Source: Macrostomum hystrix
Lineage: Eukaryota; Animalia; Platyhelminthes
Length of the DNA: 64,000 nucleotides
Direction: 5' to 3'
Assembly (NCBI GenBank): GCA_950097015.1
Contig: CATNEN010000012.1
Location: 1,116,001-1,180,000, forward strand
Position 1 is the first letter of the stretch. Every line of letters starts with the position of its first letter. The position numbers and the translations under genes were made by a program. The notes beneath the pieces are model-generated. The model ran no database searches, was not told the DNA's origin, and worked only from the letters and a program-made list of their open reading frames with translations. Of the stretch, positions 1-10,546 are shown piece by piece.

Positions 1-495
1 GACCGCCGATCACCGGGAGAAGGAGCCTGGCCCGTCGAGGGCCAGAACTTCTTGGACCCGGACGACTCGCTCGCGCTATGTCCGCCTGCTGCCAGCAGTA
101 CACAGGCACCTGCTTTACCAAGTAGCCCTCGTGTACCCGTTAATTACACGTGGGCGGACTATAACCGGTTGCCCGACGAGCCGCCGCCCAATTTCGACTC
201 TCGCCGACCCGAGGAGCGCCGCCGAATCCCCGCTCAGACGTGCGCGGATTGCGAGAGTTGGTTCGCGGCGTTGCCACCGGCAGAGCGTGAGCGACGACTG
301 CAGTGCCACGGGCGCAATCGACATAGCCCAGTTATCCAGTCGGCCGACTTCTTCGCTATTGCCATGCCGCCGAGCCCACCACCCGCACCGATAGAGTACA
401 TGAAGGTGATGAAGCGCCGTCGGCGCCCCCTAAGAGACCTGCAGTCTGCAGGGCAGTCGGTAAAGAACCAGTCGGTTGATGAGAAAGACGACTGA
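1..495 (+). CDS. 3' part of an ORF with a CtIP/Sae2 (RBBP8) C-terminal-like domain; frame is open from the window start
   Basis: Frame 1 is open from base 1 to TGA at 493-495. Residues at 202-369, RRPEERRRIPAQTCADCESWFAALPPAERERRLQCHGRNRHSPVIQSADFFAIAMP, align without major gaps to the CtIP C-terminal motif as I recall it ([40 protein letters not shown]...TPENFWEVGFP): CxxC, RHR-like RNR and FW-like FF. Confidence 0.72.
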   Translation, partial: DRRSPGEGAWPVEGQNFLDPDDSLALCPPAASSTQAPALPSSPRVPVNYTWADYNRLPDEPPPNFDSRRPEERRRIPAQTCADCESWFAALPPAERERRLQCHGRNRHSPVIQSADFFAIAMPPSPPPAPIEYMKVMKRRRRPLRDLQSAGQSVKNQSVDEKDD

Positions 496-770
496 AAGCC
501 GATGTAGCCATTATGATGCGTGTACGTGACATGTGTTTGCATATGATCTTGGGAAGTAAAAATTGAAGTTCGGCTCACAACTGGCAAGACTGGAACACAG
601 AGACTTCATTTCTGTTATTTTCGCATTCACTCATGTTACTCCATAGACTCTATTAGACTTCTTGGTTACATTAGGTTAACCTTCGGTGGTTAGTTAACAA
701 GGTTACCTCCGGTTACCATGAAAATTATTATATACATCAACCGTCATCATCATCAGTTGCAGCTGCTACA

Positions 771-2679
771 ATGACCAAGCCTACGACGTCCAATCGAGCA
801 GCATCGAAGCAAAAGGGCGGGCTTCAGCGAGGAAAAGTAGGGAAGGCCAAGAAGCAAAAGGAGAACACTCCGCCCGAACCAACGGGCGTGCCTGCTTCGA
901 GCGACACGCCTCCTCCCACCGCGCCACGTGACGCAGCTGACGCGCTGGAAGAATCGGTCACAGACCAGAATGGCCAGACCAGCAGCACAGAGGACATGGT
1001 GCCTTATAAGTCGGAGAGCGTGGCGCGTTACTTTCTGTTCAAATACAGCTGTTACCATGACCGCACGGAAGTAGTGTCTACCGACGGTGAGAGCAGTGCT
1101 CCCTTCATTGTCGCGCGCAGTCGGGACTCACCGATCCCTGTTGCCGTAGGGAGCCGTGTGCTAATAGTCACAGCTAAAAAAAACCGCACCTCGGCGAAAA
1201 GCTGGTCCGGAGACCTGCTTCGCGGCCCGTTTTCTACGAAAAGTGAGGCCACGGGTGCCGCCCTGTTAACCAACGTGCACGCCCCGCCGCTAGAGCTGCC
1301 TCGTGCCTGCGCCTCCTGTCGGGGGTTACTTGTGGAACTGCAGAGAGAGAAAAGTCTGACCGACACACTGCGTGAGTAGATGCTAGTAGATGCTAGCTTT
1401 TCCTGCTGAAAAATGGTGCATCATATTACAATAGTGTAATGATGAGACTTATTGCGTGTACCCTTTTGCAACAGATTGTGAGTTTTATGTCTCTTTGTGA
1501 CATCCAACAGGTTCTGAAGTTCGACTGCTTCGTACAAGCGAAAACCCGTTGCGCGAGCAGGTTCGACATCTGACGCACGGGAGCTCTGTTCAGTCTAAGG
1601 TTGAGAGTCGACTTCTCCTGCAGCTAGAGCAGGAGCAGGGCAGGAGCCTAAATATGCAGCGCAATGCGGAGAAGGCGAACGAGTGCCTCGTCCGCGCCTC
1701 GCATTACCTGCTGGCTTTTAATTCGGCATCGACATCTGCCAGCGCTCTGGCCGGACTCGTGCATCCGGCGGCGCCACCGGGGGCGGCGGCGGCTGCTGTG
1801 GCTGCAACGGCGTCTAGCGGCGATCCGGACGCGGAATCCGATCCGGGGGATGAGTCGGAGAGTTACCGCATTACGGACTTCTTAGCGGACAGTCACCTGT
1901 CTGTGTCGCAGACACGCGCTTTGAGCGACGCATGCGACAGGGCGGCATCTCAAGCAGGACCTTCTACGGAAGCTGTCGCTCGGGTATCGCTTTCCGACCA
2001 GCAGCCCTTTTTGAAGATCTTCGCCCAGCGCCGCTCCGAGCTGGATCATCGCAACAATGAGCTGCGCAAATTGATGGCGCCCCCAGAAGACACCGACATC
2101 GAAGAGGCCACACTGGCATCTCGTCGCAGGGCCGCAAGACTGTCTACACTGCGCGCTCTTTTTAGGGCCATTTTTACGGACGCGGAATTGGCGCACTCCA
2201 GCATTTCGGGTCGCCAAGCCTCTGGCTACGCCACGTCTGCTGTAAATCCTGCCAAACTGCAGGCGGCAAAACTGTGGCTGCAGAACGCTGACATCTCTTT
2301 TAGCACGGACGATCTGCGCCGCGCCTTCACTCGCTGCGGCGAGGCGGTTCGCCGACGCATGGGCCTGCCAAAGCGCATTCGGCCAAAGAAGAACCCAACA
2401 GATCGCCAGCGTCAAAAGAAGGCGGCTCGAGTCTCGCAGCAGACTGTAGTGCGCATCATCGGAGTCGGCTCGAATGCATCCAACCCTTCCGACGTCGCCG
2501 CGCACGCCGCTGCCATTCCTGCCGTTCCAACGACCAGCAGAACGGTTTCCCAGGGCGCTGAAAATTGTGCTGCTGCTGCAACTAGTGCTATAACACCAGT
2601 CACCGACGTGCAGGAAATGGAGTCGGGAGGTCATCTCGAAGATGATTTGCTGCTGCGTGTTTTGCAGCAGAGAGACTGA
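771..2679 (+). CDS. Two-exon BEN-domain protein (about 589 aa): exons 771-1371 and 1511-2679
   Basis: ATG at 771; donor c|GTGAGT at 1372; acceptor CAACAG| at 1510. The phase-1 junction joins ORFs 771-1379 and 1549-2679 in frame (TDTLR-SEVRLLR; 1770 nt in total). A coiled-coil-like middle is followed by LRALFRAIFTDAELAHSSISG...VNPAKLQAAKLWL (about 2146-2360), the typical BEN pattern LF..EL..S..G....L.P.KL. Confidence 0.7.
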
Positions 2680-2766
2680 TTTAATGATTTACATGAATTC
2701 ATGTCCCTCGATCGCATTCTTTTCACTGGACCGCCTACGTATACTAGTGTATACGGAGATTGCGGC

Positions 2767-2898
2767 ACCAGAGTAGAGTACACCAGATCCGGGTATAATT
2801 AGAAGTTGTTGAGTGCACCACGTGTACAGTGCAGATATTGCACAACCAGAGTAGAGTACACCAGATCCGGGTATAATTAGAAGTTGTTGAGTGCACCA
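2767..2898 (+). repeat. 54-bp direct repeat pair (2767-2820 and 2845-2898) downstream of the BEN gene
   Basis: ACCAGAGTAGAGTACACCAGATCCGGGTATAATTAGAAGTTGTTGAGTGCACCA occurs twice, separated by 24 nt. Confidence 0.9.
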
Positions 2899-3162
2899 AC
2901 TGGTGTAAGTGTTATTGTTGTAAGTGTGTATTAAAAGTATAGACGTAAGAATTTATAATATCTTTTATAAAAAGTGTTCCTAGCACGTACTGGACATAAT
3001 CATTTATTGTGTGAACAGAAGCAATGCGTCATTGTCAGTCTTGTCAGACTTAAATTCTTTCGCTGCAGCACTTGTTAGTTTATGCTAAACGGTTGATGCA
3101 TCTGCATACGCTTGGGTTGTTCGAATAAGTGGGCGCTGGAACTCACAGCATGCAGTGGTCCA

Positions 3163-3674
3163 GATTTCGGTCCGCTTTGTGGTCCGCAGGGTGCGTGCGT
3201 CTCATTCGTCCGGATTTCGTCCGGATTTCGGTCCGCTTTGTGGTCCGCAGGGTGCGTGCGTCTCATTCGTCCGGATTTCGGTCCGCTTTGTGGTCCGCAG
3301 GGTGCGTGCGTCTCATTCGTCCGGATTTCGTCCGGATTTCGGTCTGGTCTGTGGTCCGCAGGGTGCGTGCGTCTCATTCGTCCGGATTTCGGTCCGCTTA
3401 GTGGTCCAGAATTGTGTGCGTCTCATTCGTCCGCATGTTGGTCCGGTCTCTAGTCCGCAAGAATGCGGATCAACATCCGGAGAAGAAAACGGACGAATTG
3501 CAAAAAGCAAAGCGGATCAAGGGGTCAAAATCTGCACTTTTCGTCCGCTTTGTAAACTTTTCATCCGCTTTTCAGATAGGAAAAAATACATTGTGAGGCG
3601 GACGAAAATCCGGATATGAAATCGGGCAAAACGGCGGACTAAAAAGCCAAGCGGGGGCACGATGGTTGCTAGGG
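3163..3674. repeat. About 5 copies of a 50-61-bp unit (GGTCCGCTTTGTGGTCCGCAGGGTGCGTGCGTCTCATTCGTCCGGATTTC), followed by inverted GTCCG/CGGAC motifs; possible subterminal region of a DNA transposon
   Basis: Tandem copies at 3163-3435. The same TTCGTCCG motif recurs in inverted orientation at about 3488-3496 and 3598-3617. The block ends in GGTTGCTAGGG|TA at 3674. Confidence 0.6.
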
Positions 3675-3822
3675 TATATGAACTGTGGCAATAAATCAAA
3701 GCCATTGAAGCCATTGATCGTTGCTAAGGTAGATAGAATGAAGCATTAGTGTTTGCAAGGGTCTCTTAAGAATGGTTGCTGTGGCATCTCGCCGCAGCCC
3801 AATAGTTGCTAGGGTGGCAAAC

Positions 3823-5718
3823 CTGGCTAATCCGTCCAGTGTGAAGTACAGAGGCACATCCGGCAGCTCTTCAGCGGCCACAGACAGCAGGCCGATCAGT
3901 CGCTCAGCGCTGGCCAACTCAGGACAGCAGGGCGTTGTCGAATCAGCCGCAGGCGCAGCCGCATTAGCCCGCTGTCTAATAAAATCAATTAGGCGACGGA
4001 CAAATTCAGTTGAATGAATGGCGTCCGACCAGAATGGGCCGGCTAGTTGAATTCGACCGATGCCGCACTGGCTGCAGCGTCCGTCTGGTCCGGCGGCCGC
4101 TGATATGAGCCTGGCTGGCCGCATGAGCGGCTGTCCGACCTTGTCCTGGCCGCAGTCGGACATTGGCTGCATAGAGTGAGTGTCGCATTGAGGACAATAA
4201 TGCAGCATTGCTAGCCTGCGGCCAATCCGCTTCACTTCACCCTGGCCTCGATGCACTCGAACATAAATTCTAACGTAGAAATCAACGGATAGGCTGAGCA
4301 GTGGCTCAATGTAGCGCGAGTGCCGGCTGGCGTGCGACTGTACACACTGCAACAGAATGCGCAGAGACGCCTCGTGCATAGCGGCGCCGCGGTACGGCAC
4401 GGCGCCGTACCGACCGTAGCAGGTGCCGAAGGCGGAGCCGCACAGAACGGCCGTGTCAGTGCAGGTGACGCATAACAGGCCGCCAGGTCGCACGGCCTGT
4501 GTGAGGAAGGTGGGAATAACACGCTTGAACCCAATGTCCTAGGTGAGGATAGGAAGGTGGGAATAACGCGCTCGACCCCAATGTCCTAGGTGAGGATAGG
4601 GAGGTGGGAATAACACGCTTGACCCCAATGTCCTAGGTGAGGATAGGAAGGTGGGAATAACGCGCTCGACCCCAATGTCCTAGGTGAGGATAGGAAGGTG
4701 GGAATCACACGCTTGACCCCAATGCCCTAGGTGAGGATAGGGAGGTGGGAATAACACGCTTGACCCCAATGTCCTAGGTGATGATAGGAAGGTGGGAATA
4801 ACCTTGGAGGTTAGCCCTCAATGGCGTAATTTGCACGACAAGACCCCAAGCATTCTCTCCGCGGCTGCGTCCCAACTTTATGTGGCCTCACCGCGGAATC
4901 GAGCTCAGGGACATTTAGTGCGAGAGGCAGACGCGTTAACCGCTCAGCCACTCACTCCCTCCTGAAACTGCTTACCTGAACGGCGCTATCCAAGAAGGGC
5001 ACAGCAGAGCCGTAGGGATCCAGGTCCACAACATCGAAGCGGTCCTCGGGCGGCAGGCGAGCGAACTGGTGACCCAGCAGGACTGCGTCGTTTAGCGAAG
5101 CCTCCACCAGCTGATCAACACCGTTCCTGACTGCGTTAGACTTAATTAAACGTACGGCCTCTTCGCTATTGTCATTAGCAACAATCTTAGCAACGCCGGG
5201 GACCTCCTTGGCAATTCGAATAGAGCGAAGTCCGGTTGCAGCTAGAGCTTCAAGAATTCGAAGTCCAACTGGCTGATCGGATGACTGAGCCGGCTCGGCT
5301 CGCTTTGCCCGCCTGACGGCCAATTCGCCAAGGTATTGTTCGCCGAAGACATTGAGCGCCGCCATGGTGAGGTCGCGATTGAACACCTGTACAGGGGAAG
5401 AGCAATATATATTGTGGCGACCTACCCAGTCCACAGCCTGAACAGCTGCACGCAGCCTTTGAAAGCGCTGTGCAATAGCTGCGGCTGTGGCATTTACTAT
5501 TTCAACTGGCTCAATATGGTTTAGGTGTAATTTCTGTTAAATTTCTCTGTGCTGTTCTTTGCAATGCATGAAAATGCAAACAATATTTTTCAACTTCACC
5601 ATACCTGTACAGGATTATAGAAGACATCGCTAGGAACAGCAATGTTAGCCTTGCCCTCTTTAACTAGCTGCATACCCTGCGGAATGGAATCATCACTTAG
5701 AACTGTTTGAGTTGACAT
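3823..5718 (-). CDS. TRMT1: tRNA (guanine26-N2)-dimethyltransferase TRM1/TRMT1; exons 5718-5605, 5386-4976 and 4496-3823; 3' exons not found in the window
   Basis: Motifs include EGKA..VFYNPVQ-VFNRDLT, ILEALAATGLRSIR, ANDNS, FDVVDLDPYGS, GGLLCVTCTD, YGRYG, HEASLRILL, YIEPLLSLSVDFYVRIYVRV, AGPFWSDAIHS and EELPDVPLYFTLD. GT-AG junctions are in frame; the exon 3 donor GTTTGC at 3822 is weak. Confidence 0.93.
4501..4801. repeat. 47-bp minisatellite, about 6.4 copies, in TRMT1 intron 2 abutting the 3' splice site
   Basis: Unit GTGAGGATAGGAAGGTGGGAATAACGCGCTCGACCCCAATGTCCTAG. On the minus strand the last partial unit supplies the pyrimidine tract before CACACAG| at 4497. Confidence 0.92.
4802..4952 (-). 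mobile_element. tRNA-derived SINE family A, copy 1
   Basis: The minus strand reads AGTGGCTGAGCGGTTAACGCG (A-box-like)...GAGCTCGATTCC (B-box-like), then a body shared with copies at 16665, 23770/24688 and 27495. Confidence 0.75.
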
Positions 5719-8700
5719 TCGCGATGCTCTACTTATGAGTCTAGCAGTAGTAAGAACTGGAAACAGTGCACGTGTTAGCCACAACAGTCTAAATGGCTGC
5801 AAGGCAATGTGATACGAAGTCGGAACCTGTAATTCAATATTTGATTGGCAGGGCTAAAAAACTAGCAACGACACAATACATTCAACACACGTTTATTTTT
5901 TTGCAATTTTTGTTACATATTTAAATTCGCCAGCAACATTACATACTACTTAAATAAAAATTCACGAATAATATCAATAGGATTCCCATAGTACGAGTTA
6001 CTTTGTTAAATGTTAATTATTAACCATTTGCTCTTTGAAGATGTTAAAAATATAAACAGGCATAAAGATATGAAAAATGACATGTGTATAAACTATTTAT
6101 AAACAATTGCATTTTTGCTTGCAAAATAATTTACTCAATTAGATAGGTTTTATATTAATATAAACATAAAAAGCTATAATTAAATACATATCATTTTTAT
6201 TTTGAAATTTGTTTGTCACTTTAGTTTTACATAGATGTAGACCAAGAATCAATTTGGTTAATTTGATTCTGAACTATTACAGGATTGAGACTTTCTTTCT
6301 AATTTCCCACTGTCAAACTTTCCTGCATAATTGAATCATTTATTTTATAGCATACAGTAGACAGTATACTTTATTAAGTTAAATAAAAAATTGTAAGGCA
6401 AAATGTTTATTAAAAATATCTGTGTAAACTGTATCCAAGAAATTATGCTTCTTGCTTTACTTAACCTTTTTGTTTTACTGCATGATATTCTGCTTTAGTA
6501 CTAGTGAACACTTGGTTTAAATACTGGGATAGACTTGTTAAATAAGACATTTAAGAGGAGAGAAATAAGTGAAGCAAGTTCCTAAGTATGTTTACTTTAA
6601 CTTTAGTCACTTTTACCCTTGGCAACCCCTTTGCAGTGTTAGACTACCCTTTCTTTGCATGTTGTTTTCCAAGTGGAACAGTATATGCACACCTGGGGCC
6701 ATTCCCCAGGATGATATATATCAGCAATGTTGTTAAATATCATCCTTGGCCATTCCCAATTCTTTCTTATTCTGTCTGAATGCACATTGTCAGTTTCTCT
6801 TGCCCTTGAGGGAAAGGGGCAGCTTGCCAGAGGGTGTACACTCAGGACCTCTCTGACTGTTCTTTGTGTCAATACATTTTTCACTTCTTGACCCTGCAGT
6901 AATGGGTTTATCCTGGCAATTAGCACTTTTGGGCAGCCTTACATGTACACAATTTATGGTATAGGCTGTCCTTTGGCAGAGTTGCCTACATTATGTGCTT
7001 GATTATGCAGTACCATATGACTTGGCCTCCATTCTTTCTCTTGGCGCCCTATAAATGTAAAGAACCCCACCCCTCCTTTCATATGCACATTTGCTATAGT
7101 GAGTACCTGTTGGAGTTTGTGTTCACTATTATTTGCATAAATATGAATGTGACTTCTTCTATACCCAAACTTTTTGTTCTATTGGATTGAGCAAAATAAA
7201 TACCTTACTGCTCCAATTGCCCAAGACCAGGCAGGGCAACCATCTAGTTGTTCGATGCATGGTGCCATGTATTTGCTGTAGCCTAAAATATGCTTGAATG
7301 TTTTCTGTTTTCTAACCTCTAACTAGGTGGTAGCCCTACCATCATCCATCACTAACTGCTTTCAGTTAGTATTCAACCTGTATTTTTTTCATGCCACATG
7401 TCCATGAATTGGTTGAACACAGACCTATCAGATGGGTGGGTGCTTTACAAAGGTTTTTTTTAGTTTCTTTAACAATTAAAATATTATCTACATTAGGCCT
7501 ATACATATATTTGTCATACAAATTTTCATTGAATACTAATTCATAATTTTTTGCATCATATGGACTTTTTTAAACCTACAGTAAGGTTCTACAAGAATGT
7601 ACAGCTGCCAAATAAATACTTAGGATAAGTTGTAAACATTTTATGTGATTGGCTTGTTACCACTTTATATTGTTTTTGTTGGCAATACATGGCATACATA
7701 TTAAAATTGCCAAATTTCACTAACAACCATCTGTTATAATTCACAATAATTACTTGCATATTAACAGATAAAGTTGTTTCTACAATTTTGTCTCAATAGC
7801 CTATAGTCAGACAATTGACCAAATGACCAAAAAGACAAACCCTCCTGAACAAAGCCAATTAATTATCTATAATATATATGTAGTAGAATACAATCTACTT
7901 TGGTAACAACTACTATAGTAACAATTGCTTGGTCATATGAATTGGTACACAACAAAATAACCCCATAACAAAATGGCCCCAACCAAATCTGCCACATAGA
8001 AAAATGCCCAGGTGACATAGCTAATACATGAGTCAACTATAAGTAAAATTCTTCAAATTATAACAAAAGGAACCCATGGAGTTGGTTCTTTTTCTTAACA
8101 ATCGCAACATTTATTTGCCTAAAATAAATGCAGGTTAGAAAAAACTATGCTCTAAAGAATTAATTTACTAATAAGGCTGGTTACAAATGTGAGACTTGAT
8201 TAGAGATTTTTTAATATATAAAAATTTCTAGATAAAAAATATCATTTGAAATTAAATATATATATTTATTAATTCATTGTCATAACAGTTAAATTGTAAT
8301 TGTAAGATTTGTTGTTTTATTATTTGTCACCATAACATCAAGTAGCTGTTTTGATTTGTGGCCATTAACCATGTAAGCCATATGATTGATATGAATAATG
8401 ACTCAAATTTATGATGACATAACTTTACAATATACTACTGTCAGTTGTAAAAGCAATTCAAGTTCGAAACTGTTATTAAGTAATATTTTACACAGAAATA
8501 GCTACAGTTAACAACTTTGTTCTTTTTGTTTTCCTGCTGACTATACTGTCTGTCACAAAAAACTTAGATTTACACGCATATGTATGGAAGTGTCTAGAGG
8601 CACAACGGCCATATATTTAGCATAGAACATCAGGGGCACGGCGGCCATAAATTAACATAGAACACTGGCGGCTGGCTAGCTACTCAATTTTTCTTCGTAC

Positions 8701-9254
8701 ATCAATACAGTAGTAATACTTCTGACGGTCTAAATCTCGGGGGACAATATGTGCTTCCTCGATCTAATTTGAATTTATTGTCAAATATGTAATTGTGATA
8801 TTTTTTATCTACTGTACACCTGTATAATGTTCGCGGCGATCATTGTTATAATTATAATTATTTTAATAATTTACGTATTATTGAAATCGTAAAGCTATAT
8901 CCGAGAGCCGCGTAGCGAATCGCAATCTGGACGCAATAATTTAAACTTGATTAGGGTGTGCGGCCTTACTTACACTGTACATGTACATGTGATTAACAAG
9001 GACCACTAGAAGAAAAAAGACGACGTATTAATTTCCCGATTGACATTCACATTCACATTCACATTCAAACAAGAGTATTGTATCTTAAAAAATAACCATT
9101 CAATTACAGCGAAACTTACAAGATCTTCTGATGCAACTAAGATAACGTTCCAAAATAAATATAATTTATTTTTGTCAATGCATAAAAGAATTACACAGCT
9201 TTGAAGTTTGTTCCTATCTCCGCAGTGTATATTCTTGTACTTTCAAAAAGTAAC

Positions 9255-10470
9255 TTCTACTGCATCAATCGCAATGAAAATTTACAAAACCTCTGATGCA
9301 ATCGAGTTGATTGGATGTGTAAAATTTCAGGCTGATTCATGAAAGCGTCTGCGGGTTATTCAATGTTAAAGTGTGTTTCGTATCTCCGTAGTGTATTTTT
9401 GGGAGCCAGCTTGACATTCGCAGGCAGACACTTCTACTGCTTCAATCGCAATGAAAATTTACAAAACCTCTGATGCAATCGAGTTGATTGGATGTGTAAA
9501 ATTTCAGACTGATTCATGAAAGCGTCTGCGGGTTATTCAATGTTAAAGTGTGTTTCGTATCTCCGTAGTGTATTTTGGGAGCCAGCTTGACATTCGCAGG
9601 CAGACACTTCTACTGCATCAATCGCAATGAAAATTTACAAAACCTCTGATGCAATCGAGTTGATTGGATGTGTAAAATTTCAGACTGATTCATGAAAGCG
9701 TCTGCGGGTTATTCAATTTTAAAGTGTGTTTCGTATCTCCGTAGTGTATTTTTGGGAGCCAGCTTGACATTCGCAGGCAGACACTTCTACTGCTTCAATC
9801 GCAATGAAAATTTACAAAACCTCTGATGCAATCGAGTTGATTGGATGTGTAAAATTTCAGGCTGATTCATGAAAGCGTCTGCGGGTTATTCAATGTTAAA
9901 GTGTGTTTCGTATCTCCGTAGTGTATTTTTGGGAGCCAGCTTGACATTCGCAGGCAGACACTTCTACTGCATCAATCGCAATGAAAATTTACAAAACCTC
10001 TGATGCAATCGAGTTGATTGGATGTGTAAAATTTCAGGCTGATTCATGAAAGCGTCTGCGGGTTATTCAATGTTAAAGTGTGTTTCGTATCTCCGTAGTG
10101 TATTTTTGGGAGCCAGCTTGACATTCGCAGGCAGACACTTCTACTGCCTCAATCGCAATGAAAATTTACAAAACCTCTGATGCAATCGAGTTGATTGGAT
10201 GTGTAAAATTTCAGACTGATTCATGAAAGCGTCTGCGGGTTATTCAATGTTAAAGTGTGTTTCGTATCTCCGTAGTGTATTTTTGGGAGCCAGCTTGACA
10301 TTCGCAGGCAGACACTTCTACTGCCTCAATCGCAATGAAAATTTACAAAACCTCTGATGCAATCGAGTTGATTGGATGTGTAAAATTTCAGACTGATTCA
10401 TGAAAGCGTCTGCGGGTTATTCAATGTTAAAGTGTGTTCGTATCTCCGTAGTGTATTTTTGGGAGCCAGT
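9255..10470 (+). repeat. About 7 tandem 177-bp units (left arm of the Foldback element)
   Basis: Unit CTTCTACTGCATCAATCGCAATGAAAATTTACAAAACCTCTGATGC...GCAGGCAGACA repeats near-identically. Confidence 0.95.
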
Positions 10471-10546
10471 GCAGCTTGACATCAGCTCGCAATGAATTCA
10501 AGGCAATTGATCTTCGCGGGCTTATAAATCAGCCTGTGTAGTTTTT

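Noticed and set aside
1475-1477. 3-nt microexon ATT (CAACAG|ATT|GTGAGT) in the BEN gene intron
   Set aside because: It preserves frame and has good sites, but the downstream intron would be only 33 nt and it cannot be supported without transcripts.
1882-2634. Antisense ORFs over BEN (250 aa), the M13-like gene and TRAIP (52303-52911)
   Set aside because: Shadow frames of GC-rich coding sequence with no recognisable motifs.
3144-3783. CACAGCA...TGCTGTG as EnSpm-type termini
   Set aside because: Only 7 bp match and there is no target-site duplication.
4884-4952. tRNA gene calls at 4884-4952, 16095-16150, 24688-24752, 44540-44570 and 57048-57103
   Set aside because: Boxes are degenerate, no full cloverleaf or acceptor stem can be drawn, and copies share downstream bodies, so they are SINE heads or remnants.
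6000-8550. AT-rich region with short ORFs (6588-7190)
   Set aside because: No motifs, no splice chain and no repeat structure that I could support.
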